From: Octopus vulgaris
Taxonomy: Eukaryota
Assembly (NCBI GenBank): GCA_951406725.2
Contig: OX597817.1
Span: forward strand, 119,970,001 to 120,034,000
Direction: 5' to 3'
DNA length: 64,000 nt
Numbering within the stretch: position 1 is the stretch's first letter; each line of letters starts with the position of its first letter. The notes beneath the pieces were generated by a model, which was not told the origin of the DNA, ran no database searches, and saw nothing but the letters and a program-made list of their open reading frames with translations. This document shows, piece by piece, positions 62,625 through 64,000 of the stretch. Position numbers and translations under genes: made by a program.

Positions 62625-64000
62625 CACACGCTGTGTTGTGGTTCACTATTGTCTCAGTTAATTTTCCACACTTAATTCTTCATGCCACGAGATTATTTTC
62701 ACCCATGTGTTTTGTTTTAATTTTTCTTTGTGTTAGTATATTACATATTTTTCTGTGCTTCTGAGTGTTAGTATTTTTACATATATGTTATTTCATATAT
62801 TTTTGGGACTCATGAGAAGGATATCGTGGAACAGAGAAACTGTGGGTGATACAGATAATTTGATATTATTTTTGAATTCTGAATGCAAAACTGTATAAGA
62901 TATAGGTATTCTTTTCCTTGGGACAATTTCTTTGTTGACCAGTGTTATTCTTATTGTAATTTACAAATCCAAGAATAAAAACATTACTCAACTTTGGAGT
63001 TTTGGAGACAGATGCCCCCTTAACACACACACACACACACACACGAATGCATAAATGTACATATAAACTGATAAATGAATACATACATCTACATGCACAT
63101 ATACATTAATGATGTACACAAATACATGACAGGTATACATAATACTGAAATACACATAAAGTAAACACATGCAGACAAATATATTAATATAACAAATTAA
63201 AAATAACAATAAAACCATACAGTCAGTGAAGAGGCAAAAGAAACAGTAAGATGATACATGTTGATTTTATCAGGTATTTCTGTTTCTTTAGAAACCTACA
63301 ATGAACAGGTCAGACACTAAACTGTAAATTTCACAGGGTACAACCTTAAAGTTGACACTGTCCCACTAAATGCAGAAAATTTTTGTCTCACTATTAGGTA
63401 AAAATATAGTTTTTTTTTTTTTTTCGATGTTTAAACCTCTATAACTTTTTTCTCCAATTTTTTTCTTCACAACATCATACCTACATAGCAATTGCGAATG
63501 AAAAAAACTAGATCCCTTTCAGTCAATACTATAGGCACACAGAAAAAATACACTTGCATGCACTAATATGTATTTGTTTTGTTTTACTGTTAAGTGATAA
63601 ACTACCAACTTACCTAGAACTATTATGTTCCCTTACTGACCAGAAGCATTATGTCGAACCTCCCTCTCTTCTAACAAATTCTAACTTATTACCACTCCTA
63701 TATTTTCTCTTTCTCTCCTTCTAACTTTCCTTCCCTTTATTTTCTTTGGCTCTGTTTTAATGCATTTACAGGGTGCTACAATATATTTATTCATTTTACA
63801 GCAGACATAGTAATTGCCCCTAGCCTAAATTCACAAAGACCTTCCCCTAGCCAGCTTCACTGTCACTAAAACTTTTTCCCCTACTCTTCTCTCACTCCTT
63901 TTCTTTGTTCATATTCTTATTCTTTTTCTGAACAGCCTTAGCCATTTGCTACTCCTATGTATTATTTCTTTATTATTTCTTCAAACATATGCTTTTGTTT

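Overview
Eukaryotic, strongly AT-rich, repeat-saturated DNA, either intronic or intergenic. The SINE repertoire looks like an octopus (coleoid cephalopod) genome; this is inferred from family resemblance and not verified. No host protein-coding gene can be supported: the ORF track is microsatellite, SINE or decayed-transposon translation. Contents include more than 30 tRNA-derived SINE copies of about 5 families, RTE LINE remnants (one 2.2 kb RT fragment), three R4/Dong-like LINE 3' ends lying in (TAA)n, a full-length decayed DD34E Tc1 with long TIRs, mariner/piggyBac/hAT MITEs and a Helitron-like element. The main unexpected signal is eight type I hammerhead ribozyme motifs from six unrelated small elements. 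They include a palindromic element joining a tRNA-like Pol III head to a hammerhead with a 15-bp TSD, a palindrome carrying a G3:C8 core variant on both arms, and a 147-nt unit with terminal redundancy. Two local two-piece templated insertions and a candidate RFX/NF-Y promoter were also seen. All folds and alignments were done by eye.
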